DNA of 56,541 nt from Candidatus Nomurabacteria bacterium (GCA_020845875.1 JADLEY010000011.1:1-56541); one strand, 5' to 3'; positions 44,406 to 53,691 are shown, counted from the first letter of the stretch. Numbers and translations are program-made. The notes: a model not told the origin generated them from the letters alone.

Positions 44406-44433
44406 ACTGTAGCAAGTAGGCAGCCCGTGTCAA
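44406..44433 (-). promoter_or_regulatory. Near-consensus sigma70 promoter
   Basis: Minus strand TTGACA (44433->44428), 16 nt, TGC-TACAGT (-10 at 44411->44406), 17 nt before the ATG. Confidence 0.6.
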
Positions 44434-44530
44434 CCGGGTGTATAATGGAGAAATTCCATGTCAAAACATTTTCAAAGTCGAAAGGATCAGGGTAGTAGAC
44501 TTTGCCGTTCGCATCACTGATGAAATAAAA

Positions 44531-44552
44531 AGCGTAGCATTGCTGCTACGCT
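44531..44552 (-). terminator. Intrinsic terminator of the 44561 gene
   Basis: AGCGTAGCA-ttgc-TGCTACGCT. TTTTATTT follows on the minus strand. Confidence 0.65.
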
Positions 44553-44560
44553 GTAGTGAA

Positions 44561-44917
44561 TCACGGTGCTGTTAAGAATTTTGCGACGTCTTCCAGACTT
44601 TTGAACTGGGCATCAATCAAACTTTTTCTTCTCGATCGTTTCAAATTTTTATCTGAAAGCGAAAAAATAACTGGCTGTTTTTGATGAGGTAACGCACGTA
44701 TCACTCGTTTTAAGACAGAAATTATTTTTTTATTTACAATCTCTTTACTTAAAATAAGAACATCGATCGGTTTTGTTGACCTGAAGAATTGCTTGCGGAA
44801 CACAACTTCGGCAATATGAACCGTTGCGTCAGGAATCGTCCCTAAAATGTCTCTGACATCATCATCCTCAACAGATATATCTTTCCGAGAAAAATACAAA
44901 AACGTTATATTTCTCAT
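44561..44917 (-). CDS. Hypothetical protein (118 aa, alpha/beta pattern)
   Basis: ORF in a low-GC island. Similar size and beta-alpha periodicity to the 44038 gene. Confidence 0.45.
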   Translation of the reverse strand: MRNITFLYFSRKDISVEDDDVRDILGTIPDATVHIAEVVFRKQFFRSTKPIDVLILSKEIVNKKIISVLKRVIRALPHQKQPVIFSLSDKNLKRSRRKSLIDAQFKSLEDVAKFLTAP

Positions 44918-44981
44918 AGATGTGCTATTTCTTTGTATACTATGAAAATTGCTGAAACTGTCAATATGTTACACTTCCCTT

Positions 44982-45173
44982 ATGGAAAACAATAATATTC
45001 ACAATTTGACCACACAGTTTGTACAAGAATCCAAGAGTCTCTGGCGCATCAAGAAGCTCTATATCAAAGACGCAAAATCCAAAGAAGTCAAAGCGTTTTG
45101 GACCAAGCTCGCCAAGGAAAAAGAATCACACCTCAAAGACCTCAAGAAGTTTCTAAAAACCGAATTGAAATAA
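44982..45173 (+). CDS. Small Lys-rich helical hypothetical protein
   Basis: First ATG at 44982 (MENNNIHNLTTQF...). The terminator overlaps its stop codon. Confidence 0.4.
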   Translation: MENNNIHNLTTQFVQESKSLWRIKKLYIKDAKSKEVKAFWTKLAKEKESHLKDLKKFLKTELK

Positions 45174-45206
45174 CAACATCCCCCGCGTATTGCGGGGGAT
45201 GTTGTT
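45172..45206. terminator. Bidirectional terminator, 15-bp perfect stem
   Basis: AACAACATCCCCCGC-gtatt-GCGGGGGATGTTGTT, overlapping both convergent stop codons. Confidence 0.85.
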
Positions 45207-47262
45207 AGATATCCAGATTCGCCATCTTGGCGTTGGACTGAATGAAACTTTTACGTGGACCGACTTCGGTACCCATGAGGATATCAAATGTCTCGTTTGC
45301 CTCCTCAGCATCTTCGATAGTCACCTGTTTGATGACACGGTGTGCCGGGTCCATCGTCGTCTCCCAAAGCTCCTCGGCATTCATCTCTCCCAGACCCTTG
45401 TAGCGCTGGACTGATACCTTTGCAGTGCGCTTCTTCTTTTCGTCTTCTCCTTCTTCCTCCGCAGCTTCTTCTGTTTCTTCCGTCGCCTCTATCTCTTCTC
45501 CTGCGCCCGCACCCATGCTCTTGAGAACACTATTTTTCTCATCGTCACTGTAAGCATAGGCGATTTCCTTCCCTTTCTTGATTTTGTATAGCGGTGGTTG
45601 TGCGATATAGATGTAGCCAGCGTCAATCACCTCGCGGAAATAGCGATAAAAGAGCGTGAGGATGAGGGTACGGATATGCGCTCCGTCTACGTCGGCATCA
45701 GTCGCAATAAGAATTTTGTGGTAGCGCATCTTTGAAAGATCGAAGGTGTCACAAATAGAGGTACCCATCGCGATGACAAGATTTTTGATTTCCTGACTCG
45801 CGAGCATGCGGTCGAGACGCGCGCGCTCCACATTGAGAATCTTTCCGCGCAGCGGCAAGATCGCCTGCGTACGGCGGTCGCGACCCATCTTTGCGGTACC
45901 TCCTGCAGAGTCTCCTTCCACAATGAAGAGCTCTGATTCTTCGGCATCACGGCTTTGACAGTCGGCGAGCTTCCCCGGAAGCGTCATGCCTTCGAGTGCG
46001 CCTTTGCGCAGGATAGATTCCTTTGCTGCCTTTGCTGCCTTGCGCGCGCGAAGCGCGAGGAGCACCTTGTTCACAATCGCCTTGCCTTCGTCGGGATGCT
46101 CTTCGAGGAAGGTACCAAACGCATCACCGAAGACGCTCGCCACTGCACCCTGTGCTTCCATGCTGCCGAGTTTCGCCTTGGTCTGTCCTTCAAACTGGAT
46201 TTCGGGGAGCTTCACGGAGACTACCACAGTGAGTCCTTCAAGGACATCGTCGCCAGAAAACGCACCGTCTGCCTCTTTTACCAGATTATTTTTCTTGGCG
46301 TAATTGTTGATGAGGCGAGTGAGCGCCATCTTAAATCCGGTGATATGTGTGCCGCCCTCGCTGTTGTAGATATTATTTGCAAACGGCACGATACGGGCGG
46401 AGATATCATCGACATACTGAAGGCCGACCTCGACAGTGACGTTATCAATTTCTTTTTCGCAATAAAACACCGTGTCATGAATCGGTTTTTGAAACTTGTT
46501 GTAGTGGCGCACGAGTGACTGGAGTCCTCCTTCGAAATAGAACGTGAGCGACGGTGCTTCGAGCCCGAGGTCTTTGAACCACACTGTATCGGTAGCATCA
46601 AACTTTCCTGTCACCTCGCGGGCATCAATGATAGTGACGCGCAGGCTCTTCACCAAATACGCCTGCTGACGGAGTCGATCAACGACTGTCTTCCAGTCGA
46701 AATGTGTACCCTCCTTAAAAATCGTCGGGTCGGGCTGGAAGGTGATGATGGTGCCGTTGTGGTCGGTCTTCCCTGTCTTTTTTACTGCAGCCTTTTTGTT
46801 GCCCTTTGAGTATTCCTGCACCCAGATAGCGCCGTCTTTGTGCACCTCTGCGCGCGTGTAGTCAGAGAGTGCGTTTACCACCGATGCCCCCACGCCGTGA
46901 AGACCTCCTGAGACTTTGTAGCCGCTGCCGTCGCCGCCAAACTTTCCTCCTGCGTGGAGCGTCGTCATCACGGTTTCAAGCGCAGACACTTTCGTCTTCG
47001 GGTGAATATCTACAGGGATGCCGCGGCCGTTGTCCACGACGCGTGCCATATCACCAGGCAGGAGTGTCACCTCGATGCGGTCGGCATAACCCCCCATCGC
47101 CTCGTCGCGCGAGTTGTCAAAAATCTCCCAAATGAGGTGATGCAGGCCATCAGGGCCGGTAGATCCGATGTACATACCAGGACGCTTGCGTACCGGCTCC
47201 AATCCCTCAAGGACCGAGATTTGCTCTGCACCATATGCGCCTTTTGTGGTAGCCTTTGCCAT
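45205..47262 (-). CDS. gyrB: DNA gyrase subunit B
   Basis: GHKL ATPase (LHHLIWEIFDNSRDE), TOPRIM (ELFIVEGDSAGG), PLRGKILNVE. There is an acidic insertion near the C-terminus. Confidence 0.95.
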   Translation of the reverse strand: MAKATTKGAYGAEQISVLEGLEPVRKRPGMYIGSTGPDGLHHLIWEIFDNSRDEAMGGYADRIEVTLLPGDMARVVDNGRGIPVDIHPKTKVSALETVMTTLHAGGKFGGDGSGYKVSGGLHGVGASVVNALSDYTRAEVHKDGAIWVQEYSKGNKKAAVKKTGKTDHNGTIITFQPDPTIFKEGTHFDWKTVVDRLRQQAYLVKSLRVTIIDAREVTGKFDATDTVWFKDLGLEAPSLTFYFEGGLQSLVRHYNKFQKPIHDTVFYCEKEIDNVTVEVGLQYVDDISARIVPFANNIYNSEGGTHITGFKMALTRLINNYAKKNNLVKEADGAFSGDDVLEGLTVVVSVKLPEIQFEGQTKAKLGSMEAQGAVASVFGDAFGTFLEEHPDEGKAIVNKVLLALRARKAAKAAKESILRKGALEGMTLPGKLADCQSRDAEESELFIVEGDSAGGTAKMGRDRRTQAILPLRGKILNVERARLDRMLASQEIKNLVIAMGTSICDTFDLSKMRYHKILIATDADVDGAHIRTLILTLFYRYFREVIDAGYIYIAQPPLYKIKKGKEIAYAYSDDEKNSVLKSMGAGAGEEIEATEETEEAAEEEGEDEKKKRTAKVSVQRYKGLGEMNAEELWETTMDPAHRVIKQVTIEDAEEANETFDILMGTEVGPRKSFIQSNAKMANLDI

Positions 47263-47275
47263 AAAACGTTTGTAA

Positions 47276-47284
47276 ATTATAGCA
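47276..47284 (-). promoter_or_regulatory. Extended -10 box of gyrB
   Basis: Minus strand TGCTATAAT, 13 nt upstream of ATG 47262. Confidence 0.55.
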
Positions 47285-47379
47285 AAAATACCTCTTCTCT
47301 CCTATTTGACATTTTCATTAAAAATGATATGATATATTCGAAGTACTTATTTTTGTTTCATTCAAAAACCCATCTACGC

Positions 47380-47766
47380 ATGCTTGAAAGAATCGTTAGT
47401 GAGACACATTTCTCACTAATCCCCTGCAAGGAGAACCACCTTTCTGGTACCGCACTGGTACCTGGCGCTATCGGCCAAAAATCAATCTTTGGAGACGATT
47501 TTTACAGAGGGCTTCAATCTCAAAGAGAAATTGCCTTTGTTGAAGAATCATTTGTTGACAGACTGCTTTCTCAACAGCAACACCTTCCGCCTACCTGGAA
47601 AGAAAAAGAGTTTATTGGATTTTTTACCCAGGAAACACTTGGCACAAACAAAGTAACCACTCTCCGGTATGATAAATCCTCTGGAAAATTTAAAAAGGAT
47701 TATCACTTTTTTACCGGCGGTTGTTTTGGCACTGAACGTCCTGTACTGGTGAGACTTCTTGCATAG
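47380..47766 (+). CDS. Hypothetical protein
   Basis: Only the part of track ORF 46954..47766 that lies outside gyrB is kept. First ATG after gyrB is at 47380. Confidence 0.35.
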   Translation: MLERIVSETHFSLIPCKENHLSGTALVPGAIGQKSIFGDDFYRGLQSQREIAFVEESFVDRLLSQQQHLPPTWKEKEFIGFFTQETLGTNKVTTLRYDKSSGKFKKDYHFFTGGCFGTERPVLVRLLA

Positions 47767-47783
47767 TAGAATTGCAGACGTTT

Positions 47784-47811
47784 ATTCCCCGCTTATACCA
47801 TAGCGGGGAAT
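47784..47811. terminator. Bidirectional terminator hairpin
   Basis: ATTCCCCGC-10 nt-GCGGGGAAT followed by TTCTTATTT. Confidence 0.7.
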
Positions 47812-47813
47812 TC

Positions 47814-48851
47814 TTATTTCACGAAAGTGCGGAGCCTGCAATATTCACAATTTTTATCATCACAGATTTTGTCCCAAAACGATAAGTTGCGGATTTCGTC
47901 GGCAACGCGCTGAATGGTATCAGTGAGTTCGGACATTTCCTCATTCGTTATCTCAAATGTTTCCTTTTTATACTTCCCCGTATCGCTTGGCTCCACGAAG
48001 TCAATCGTGCCGGACTGCATCGAGAGAGCACCGTCTTTGAAATGCGAGAGCAGCAGTTTGTAAAAAACGAGCTGGCGGAAGTAGTTGCCATCGCTTTCCT
48101 TTGTCTTGCCCATCAGCTCATTGCGACTTTTTGGCTTCGCGGTTTTGTAGTCCACGACTTCTACAATGTTGTCATCAACATATTCCACTTTATCCAAAAC
48201 GCCCGTAATCTTTACTCCCTCCACCAGCTCAACGCCGTTGATGCGCACCTCTGTCGCAGTGCGCAGGTTCCACGAGCCCAAATACTCCTTGTGCCAGCCG
48301 GTGAGCGCCTCCGTCCCACGCTTCAGCAATTCTTCCACATCCCGTGCGCCAAGCGGCTGGCGATGCAAGTGGCCTCTGAAGCTCTCTACGAGATACTCTG
48401 TTCCAACCTCTTCTTTTTTGAGCATATCGAAAAAATCCTTGAGCGCAGCATGCACGGCGATGCCGTAAAACTGATGTACGGTCTGTGCAGCCGGAATGCG
48501 AATGAGATTCACATAAAAATACTTCCACGGACATTCCAGATAATTATTGAGCGCCGTCGGCGAGAGCCCCTGTTTTTCAAACAGCTCGTTCACGAATGCT
48601 TTACTATCAGCAACCCCCGAAAAATCTTCCTCAGAAGATTTTTCGGGGGCAAACTGAAACTCTCTATCATTTCTTGCGCGTTCGTCCCATGCTGCTCCAT
48701 CTATCCGCTCCACAAGCTCCGACTTTATTTCACCCACAAATGTGCTCGGCAGCGTCTCCTTGTGCTCCTCATTTTCTCGCGCATAGGTTATCGTCACGCG
48801 CTCCTTGGCACGCGTCAGCGCTACATAAAACAACCGTCGTTCGTCGTCCAT
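47814..48851 (-). CDS. C-terminal half of a split UvrD/PcrA-type helicase: motif VI plus PD-(D/E)XK (Cas4/AddB-like) nuclease
   Basis: Starts MDDERRLFYVALTRAKE, which is helicase motif VI. Nuclease motifs GVLDKVEY...VEVVDYKTAKP and YFRQLVFYKLL. Cys set C(PWKY)...CDDKNCEYC. Confidence 0.8.
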   Translation of the reverse strand: MDDERRLFYVALTRAKERVTITYARENEEHKETLPSTFVGEIKSELVERIDGAAWDERARNDREFQFAPEKSSEEDFSGVADSKAFVNELFEKQGLSPTALNNYLECPWKYFYVNLIRIPAAQTVHQFYGIAVHAALKDFFDMLKKEEVGTEYLVESFRGHLHRQPLGARDVEELLKRGTEALTGWHKEYLGSWNLRTATEVRINGVELVEGVKITGVLDKVEYVDDNIVEVVDYKTAKPKSRNELMGKTKESDGNYFRQLVFYKLLLSHFKDGALSMQSGTIDFVEPSDTGKYKKETFEITNEEMSELTDTIQRVADEIRNLSFWDKICDDKNCEYCRLRTFVK

Positions 48852-48857
48852 AGAGGG

Positions 48858-48866
48858 ATTGTAGCA
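48858..48866 (-). promoter_or_regulatory. Extended -10 box of the helicase C-terminal half
   Basis: Minus strand TGCTACAAT, 6 nt upstream of ATG 48851. Confidence 0.55.
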
Positions 48867-48923
48867 TTTTTTGGTGTTATTGACATATCTTTTTATATAT
48901 GTAAAGTAAAGAAAACTTAAGGA

Positions 48924-49445
48924 ATGAAAAAATACATTGTCGTTCTTTGTCTACTCATTTTCATGCAGTGCAACACTCCTCCTTCTGATAAGGAAGAGAT
49001 TACATATGAGTATTCATCAGCAAACTTCACCGACGCTCACTTGAGCGCCAATACTTTTGAAGCAACGGTTGCACAAACGCTCAAAGAGCGATACGCGGCA
49101 TCGTATCCACGAAAGGTATCTGATGTGTCAGTCAGTATGGCTATCTATGACGGACGCTTGCATCTTATCTGGACTGCATATCTTGTTAGATGCCAAAAAG
49201 CTGATGCTGATACGGTCTTTAGCCGCAGAGGGAAATTACTCCCCGGTGCATCCGCATTTGATGTACAGCATCATGTAGAAAAAGTACTGGAAGAAGAGAA
49301 TGAAATCCAGCCGTGGATACAGGCATTTCGTCAGAGATACATGCATCGCTCAGGCAATCCGTGCAGATTCGATCGCACTTCTACTGGCATGCAAAACGAC
49401 AGTACATACTGGTGCATCAGAGAGTTCTTCTGTGTCGGTCCGTGA
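48924..49445 (+). CDS. Hypothetical lipoprotein-like protein (inside the helicase split)
   Basis: MKKYIVVLCLLIFMQC signal. Upstream TTGACA (48880-48885) and TAAAGT (48902-48907). Confidence 0.5.
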   Translation: MKKYIVVLCLLIFMQCNTPPSDKEEITYEYSSANFTDAHLSANTFEATVAQTLKERYAASYPRKVSDVSVSMAIYDGRLHLIWTAYLVRCQKADADTVFSRRGKLLPGASAFDVQHHVEKVLEEENEIQPWIQAFRQRYMHRSGNPCRFDRTSTGMQNDSTYWCIREFFCVGP

Positions 49446-49460
49446 AAGGAAAATTAGTTG

Positions 49461-49493
49461 AATGCGTTAGGCAAGACCTAGCGCATTTTTTAT
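49461..49493. terminator. Bidirectional intrinsic terminator
   Basis: AATGCGTTAGG-caaga-CCTAGCGCATT followed by TTTTTATTT. Confidence 0.7.
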
Positions 49494-49498
49494 TTCCC

Positions 49499-49996
49499 CT
49501 ACTCACACTTCTCAAGCACTTCGTTATAGACCGCAGTGCTTGCGTCTTTGTATACAAGGTGCCCGTCGTACTTCGGATCGGTGAGCTCGCCGTGTTTGAT
49601 GAGGAGCTTGCCGTATTCTATTTTCATTATTTTCTCCTCCGTTTGGTGCGACCCTTCTATCATGTAGTCATAGAGAAGTTGGATCTCCCCATTTGGCAGG
49701 AGCGTACCGGCAAGCGTGCCGCGTGCATTGTCTTTTTCCCACGGAATCCAATTCATTGTTCCCGTTACCGTATCGCCTGCAATCGTCAGCGTCACATCAG
49801 TGACATCCTTATTGAGATTTTTTGAGAAGCAGTAGGTGCCGTCTGTTGCATCGGTTCCTGACACCGCAGGAGCACTGGTATCAGACACACTCACCTCAGG
49901 AACTGACCCATCATTCACTCCTATCATGCCTCGCACTACCCACACCACACCTACCAGCACCGCCAGAGCGCAAATAATTTTTAGAAGTGTTTTCAT
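49499..49996 (-). CDS. Hypothetical secreted/anchored protein (inside the helicase split)
   Basis: Start ATG 49996 (MKTLLKIICALAVLVGVVW...). TGGTATAAT (50011->50003) lies 6 nt upstream. Confidence 0.5.
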   Translation of the reverse strand: MKTLLKIICALAVLVGVVWVVRGMIGVNDGSVPEVSVSDTSAPAVSGTDATDGTYCFSKNLNKDVTDVTLTIAGDTVTGTMNWIPWEKDNARGTLAGTLLPNGEIQLLYDYMIEGSHQTEEKIMKIEYGKLLIKHGELTDPKYDGHLVYKDASTAVYNEVLEKCE

Positions 49997-50002
49997 ACGA
50001 GA

Positions 50003-50011
50003 ATTATACCA
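50003..50011 (-). promoter_or_regulatory. Extended -10 box of the 49996 gene, containing the stop codon of the helicase N-terminal half
   Basis: Minus strand TGGTATAAT. The TAA at 50006->50004 is part of the hexamer. Confidence 0.5.
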
Positions 50012-51896
50012 TTTTGTACACGCTCTCAATGAGCGGTAATCTATCGCGATCTATTTTGCCGCCGAAGGTGCCCTCAGTGGCGCCGATGAGGTAGACATGA
50101 CCGAACTCAAGGCCTTTGGATTTGTGCACCGTCATAAGACGTACCTTCCCTTCCGTGGAGGTCGCAGTTTGGCGTTTGATAAAGAGCTTATGTTTTTGCA
50201 CCGTCGCAAGGTATGCGAAGAAGTCCGCAAGCGTGGCATCGCTCTTGCGTGCAACAAGCTGCCGAACTTGGTCAAAGAGTGCATTGATTGCATCGAATCT
50301 TTCAGGCGCATCTGGTTTACCAAGCATATCCTCCAACATCCCCGCATCGCGCATGATGTGCTCAAAGAATGCGAGCAAATCCTTTTTCTTACTCTCCCGA
50401 ACCCATGCTTTCATTTTTTCACCAAGTGCTTTTATTTCTGCGACTTCGGAGTGCGTGAGTAAATCGTAAAGTATTTTTTCTTTCGCATCAGCGCCTTTGC
50501 GAAGGAGTTTGTATGCGTCCAGCGGGTCAATGCCGAAGAGGGGTACATGAAGAAACTCAGCGACATACATGTCGTCTCCGTAGTACGCAACAGCGCGCAT
50601 GATGATAAGGAGCCGCGCAACATCTGATTGCGTAAATAAATCTTGATCACTCTCTATCTGGTACGGGATGCCGAGCCGTGCGAGGTCGCCGGCCACAAGA
50701 AATGCATGCGCGTTGTTGCGGTACAAAATAGAGATTTCGTTTGGCACGACACCGCTTTTTATCTTTTCTTTGATATCGTGAGCCACAAAGTACCGCTCGC
50801 TCGCAGGGTTTTCAAACTCTCCGATTTGTATCGGCACTTCTGCGTGGGGTGCGTTCTTTTTTAGTCCCGATGACAGGAGCGAGTCCGCCGCATCTAACAC
50901 CGCCTGCGTGGAGCGGTAGTTGTGGGTGAGTGCAATGAGCCGCACGTCTTTGTATTTGTTTTTGAAATACTGGAAGTTCTCGATGCTCGCGCCCTGGAAG
51001 CGAAATATTGCCTGCTTCTCATCTCCCACCACAAAGAGATTGGGGCGATCACCGTGATAACTCATCAGGAGCTCGATGATGCGGTTTTGCGCGTTGTTGG
51101 TATCTTGATGTTCGTCTACCAGCACATACTGGTGTTCTTCTTGAAGGAGCTGGAGCAGTGTCGGATTGGTCTCCAGCGCAGTGAGTACTTCTAAAATCAT
51201 ATCCGAGAAATCATACGCCTTGCGCTCGGCGAGCTTGTCCTGATACTTGGCATATACTTGCGCGAGTTCTTCATTTTTCAGAAGTTTGCGCTCCAGCTTG
51301 ATATATTCGCCCTTCATCTTGCCTTTGTATGCACCCTTTTCGTGATAGAGATCTTCAATATGCGCAAATGTGTCTTTCTCTTTTGCAACGAGCGCTGCAA
51401 ATCTCTCTGGTGTGACACCTTCGCGTTTGAGCTCACTCATAGTAGATACAATATCTCGTACATAGAGCAAACGGTCGCCGAACGGTTTGAGAAGGACGAA
51501 TGAGCCATTTTCGATAATCTCCTCTACAACTGCCGCCTGCTCGACATCGGTGATGGCACTACTCCCTATCACGCGCGGGAAGTCTTCAGGAAACCGTCGG
51601 ATCACCTCATTGCAAAATCCGTGAAAAGTACTAATAACGACGCGGTACGCTGGATTACCGATGAGCTCGGCGAGGCGACGGCGCATGTTATGTGCAGCAG
51701 CTTCGGTAAAGGTGAGTGCCAAGATCTGTTCCGGTTCAGTATCGGTCTTCGCAAGGATATTGGCGATGCGCAGTGTGAGTATCTGCGTCTTTCCTGTCCC
51801 CGGTCCAGCAACTACCATGATCGGCCCATCTATTGTCTCGACTGCCCGCTTTTGCTCCGGATTGAGTGCTTTATATGCTTCATCAAATGCGCTCAT
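50004..51896 (-). CDS. N-terminal half of split UvrD/PcrA-type helicase (motifs I-V)
   Basis: AGPGTGKTQ (I), VLVDEHQDTN (II), VGDEKQAIFRFQGA (III), HNYRS (IV), TVHKSKGLEF (V). Ends 19 aa after EGTF. Confidence 0.85.
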   Translation of the reverse strand: MSAFDEAYKALNPEQKRAVETIDGPIMVVAGPGTGKTQILTLRIANILAKTDTEPEQILALTFTEAAAHNMRRRLAELIGNPAYRVVISTFHGFCNEVIRRFPEDFPRVIGSSAITDVEQAAVVEEIIENGSFVLLKPFGDRLLYVRDIVSTMSELKREGVTPERFAALVAKEKDTFAHIEDLYHEKGAYKGKMKGEYIKLERKLLKNEELAQVYAKYQDKLAERKAYDFSDMILEVLTALETNPTLLQLLQEEHQYVLVDEHQDTNNAQNRIIELLMSYHGDRPNLFVVGDEKQAIFRFQGASIENFQYFKNKYKDVRLIALTHNYRSTQAVLDAADSLLSSGLKKNAPHAEVPIQIGEFENPASERYFVAHDIKEKIKSGVVPNEISILYRNNAHAFLVAGDLARLGIPYQIESDQDLFTQSDVARLLIIMRAVAYYGDDMYVAEFLHVPLFGIDPLDAYKLLRKGADAKEKILYDLLTHSEVAEIKALGEKMKAWVRESKKKDLLAFFEHIMRDAGMLEDMLGKPDAPERFDAINALFDQVRQLVARKSDATLADFFAYLATVQKHKLFIKRQTATSTEGKVRLMTVHKSKGLEFGHVYLIGATEGTFGGKIDRDRLPLIESVYKMV

Positions 51897-51902
51897 ACCG
51901 GG

Positions 51903-51911
51903 ATTGTAGCA
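51903..51911 (-). promoter_or_regulatory. Extended -10 box of the helicase N-terminal half
   Basis: Minus strand TGCTACAAT, 6 nt upstream of ATG 51896. Confidence 0.55.
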
Positions 51912-52706
51912 TGTCTTACACTCGTCCGGTGTCTCGCATCCTTTTTGGTATCCTCACTTCTGGTGCCATCATTAGTATCTCCTATCTGACCGATCGCGCC
52001 TATGGTACCGCACTGCGCTTCAATGGTTTGCAAACAAAAATTGATTTCCTTATCTTACTCCTCATCCCCTTTCTCTTTGCAGGGAGTATCCTCACACCCG
52101 CTCTACGCAGTCGTACATATCATTGCAGGCGCTGTACTCTATATCTTCATAAGTGCACTCGTCTTCACACTTCTTTTGGGTGTTGCTGCACTTTTACACT
52201 TCACGCTCCCGGTGTAGGTCGCAAGGGCAACACTCTCTCTTGCAGGCATCCTCATTGTCACCGGTCTCGCCCAGAGCAGAATGCTCGTTGTGCTAGAGTA
52301 TACCGTTACACTCTCGCAGGCGCCTGTATCATGAGATGACAGGACTGCAGTGCTCGTCTCAGATACACATTTCAGATTAGTAAACTACACGCGTTTTTCA
52401 GAAAAAGTAGTAAATAGAATCATCACATAAGAATATTTTAATTAACCATCCCCTTCATCTTCGCCGACATCACTCGCATCTACAGCACGCGCCGACGTCG
52501 ACCTGCAAGTTTCCGAGCACATGCACAACGGGCAATTTTGGACGATGAATTATCTTATCAAAGGCATCTATGGCCGCTTCTCTCACGGTATGCAAAAGTA
52601 TGAGAATATGACCGTCATCACCTCCAGTGGCATCGGCACCTTTGGCCCTCCTTATCGCCTATTCAATACACCAGAGCTCATACTGATCACCTTTCGTACA
52701 CAATAA
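51911..52706 (+). pseudogene. Decayed metallophosphoesterase (YkuE-like) gene
   Basis: Pieces lie in three frames: the TM N-terminus (MSYTRPVSRILFGILTSG...), AVLVSDTHF (motif I) downstream of an in-frame TGA, EHMHNGQ in place of GHTHGGQ, and the C-terminus GIGTFGPPYRLFNTPELILITF. The middle motifs are missing. Confidence 0.6.
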
Positions 52707-52737
52707 AAATCTCCCGTATTTCTACGGGAGACATTTG

Positions 52738-53673
52738 TCAGAATTGATAGCGGTTGTCTTGTACCACTACACGTGGACTTCTCTTTGTTGTATTCTTTTT
52801 GTGACAACGAAAGAGCGAAGGCATTTTTCCTTTCTTCTTTTGTACTAAAGGTACGTTGGTTTTTTGAATACGAGGTGGAACGAAATGCTCCGTACTCTCC
52901 TGCGGCGGTCCCATAATAACTGTCCGAGGAAGTTGGAAGAGTGAATCTCCTCGTCGCCGTTCGGCAAGCAGTGCACGTTGCAGGCTATCCTGCACAACAA
53001 GAAGCTGGAGGCGATTGTCATCACTTTGCGGAGCAGCAAGCTTCCCTTCATACCATGCCCGTTCGGTAGCATCCATGCGGACGACACCAAACGAAAAGAG
53101 GAGAAGCACCAGCCCCGCAAAGAGCGTCCAGTAACTCCGCTGCCTCCACCGGAGCGTCGGCTCTCCTGTCCATTTCCAGTACACAAGGCGAATGCCGAGC
53201 GAAAGGAAAAGAAGGAGTGCGGCAACGGCAACAAACGGATTGTCTGCAACAAATGTCCACAGCACTCGCAGAAACGGCGGCATGTTCCAATTGAGCGACG
53301 GAGCCTTCAATCGAACTGAAGAAAGTCCCCGCAACAGCGGCCACACCACCCTTACAGCAACCCACACCAAGAGCGAGACTGCAAGCAGGCCTCCTGCCCA
53401 CTTCCCTCCCTTCCGCCAATTGATAGATGGTAGCGTGGGCAACTTCGGAAAGGTGAGCTTTCGAGATGTTACCGCTTCTGACACCTTCTCCGTTTTCGGC
53501 ACTTTTGGAATTTTTGGTGCTTTCATTTTTGGCCATGTGATATCTTTCAGACGCTGAGAAAACTTCTCCCAAAAGGAAGCGAGTTTTTCTTTATTCACCA
53601 TCTTTGGTAAAAAAATGATGAGAAGAGCGAGCGCAACAATACCTACTACCTGCAAGAGAATGATTGTATCCAT
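52738..53673 (-). CDS. Hypothetical multi-TM basic membrane protein
   Basis: 311 aa with several hydrophobic helices. Promoter at 53692-53720. Confidence 0.5.
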   Translation of the reverse strand: MDTIILLQVVGIVALALLIIFLPKMVNKEKLASFWEKFSQRLKDITWPKMKAPKIPKVPKTEKVSEAVTSRKLTFPKLPTLPSINWRKGGKWAGGLLAVSLLVWVAVRVVWPLLRGLSSVRLKAPSLNWNMPPFLRVLWTFVADNPFVAVAALLLFLSLGIRLVYWKWTGEPTLRWRQRSYWTLFAGLVLLLFSFGVVRMDATERAWYEGKLAAPQSDDNRLQLLVVQDSLQRALLAERRRGDSLFQLPRTVIMGPPQESTEHFVPPRIQKTNVPLVQKKKGKMPSLFRCHKKNTTKRSPRVVVQDNRYQF

Positions 53674-53691
53674 GTTGTAAAAGTTTTACTC

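Noticed and set aside
46954-47379. N-terminal 142 codons of track ORF 46954-47766, and many other long ORFs antisense to gyrB, dnaE, secA, smc, thrS and topA.
   Set aside because: They lie entirely within strongly supported genes on the opposite strand and show low-complexity, GC-driven composition. Only the part beyond gyrB (47380-47766) was kept.
48854-51911. 13-nt identity GGGATTGTAGCAT at 48854-48866 and 51899-51911, as a possible target-site duplication of the insert.
   Set aside because: One copy lies upstream of the whole gene, not at the other insert boundary. Nine of the 13 nt are simply the genome's TGCTACAAT -10 consensus.
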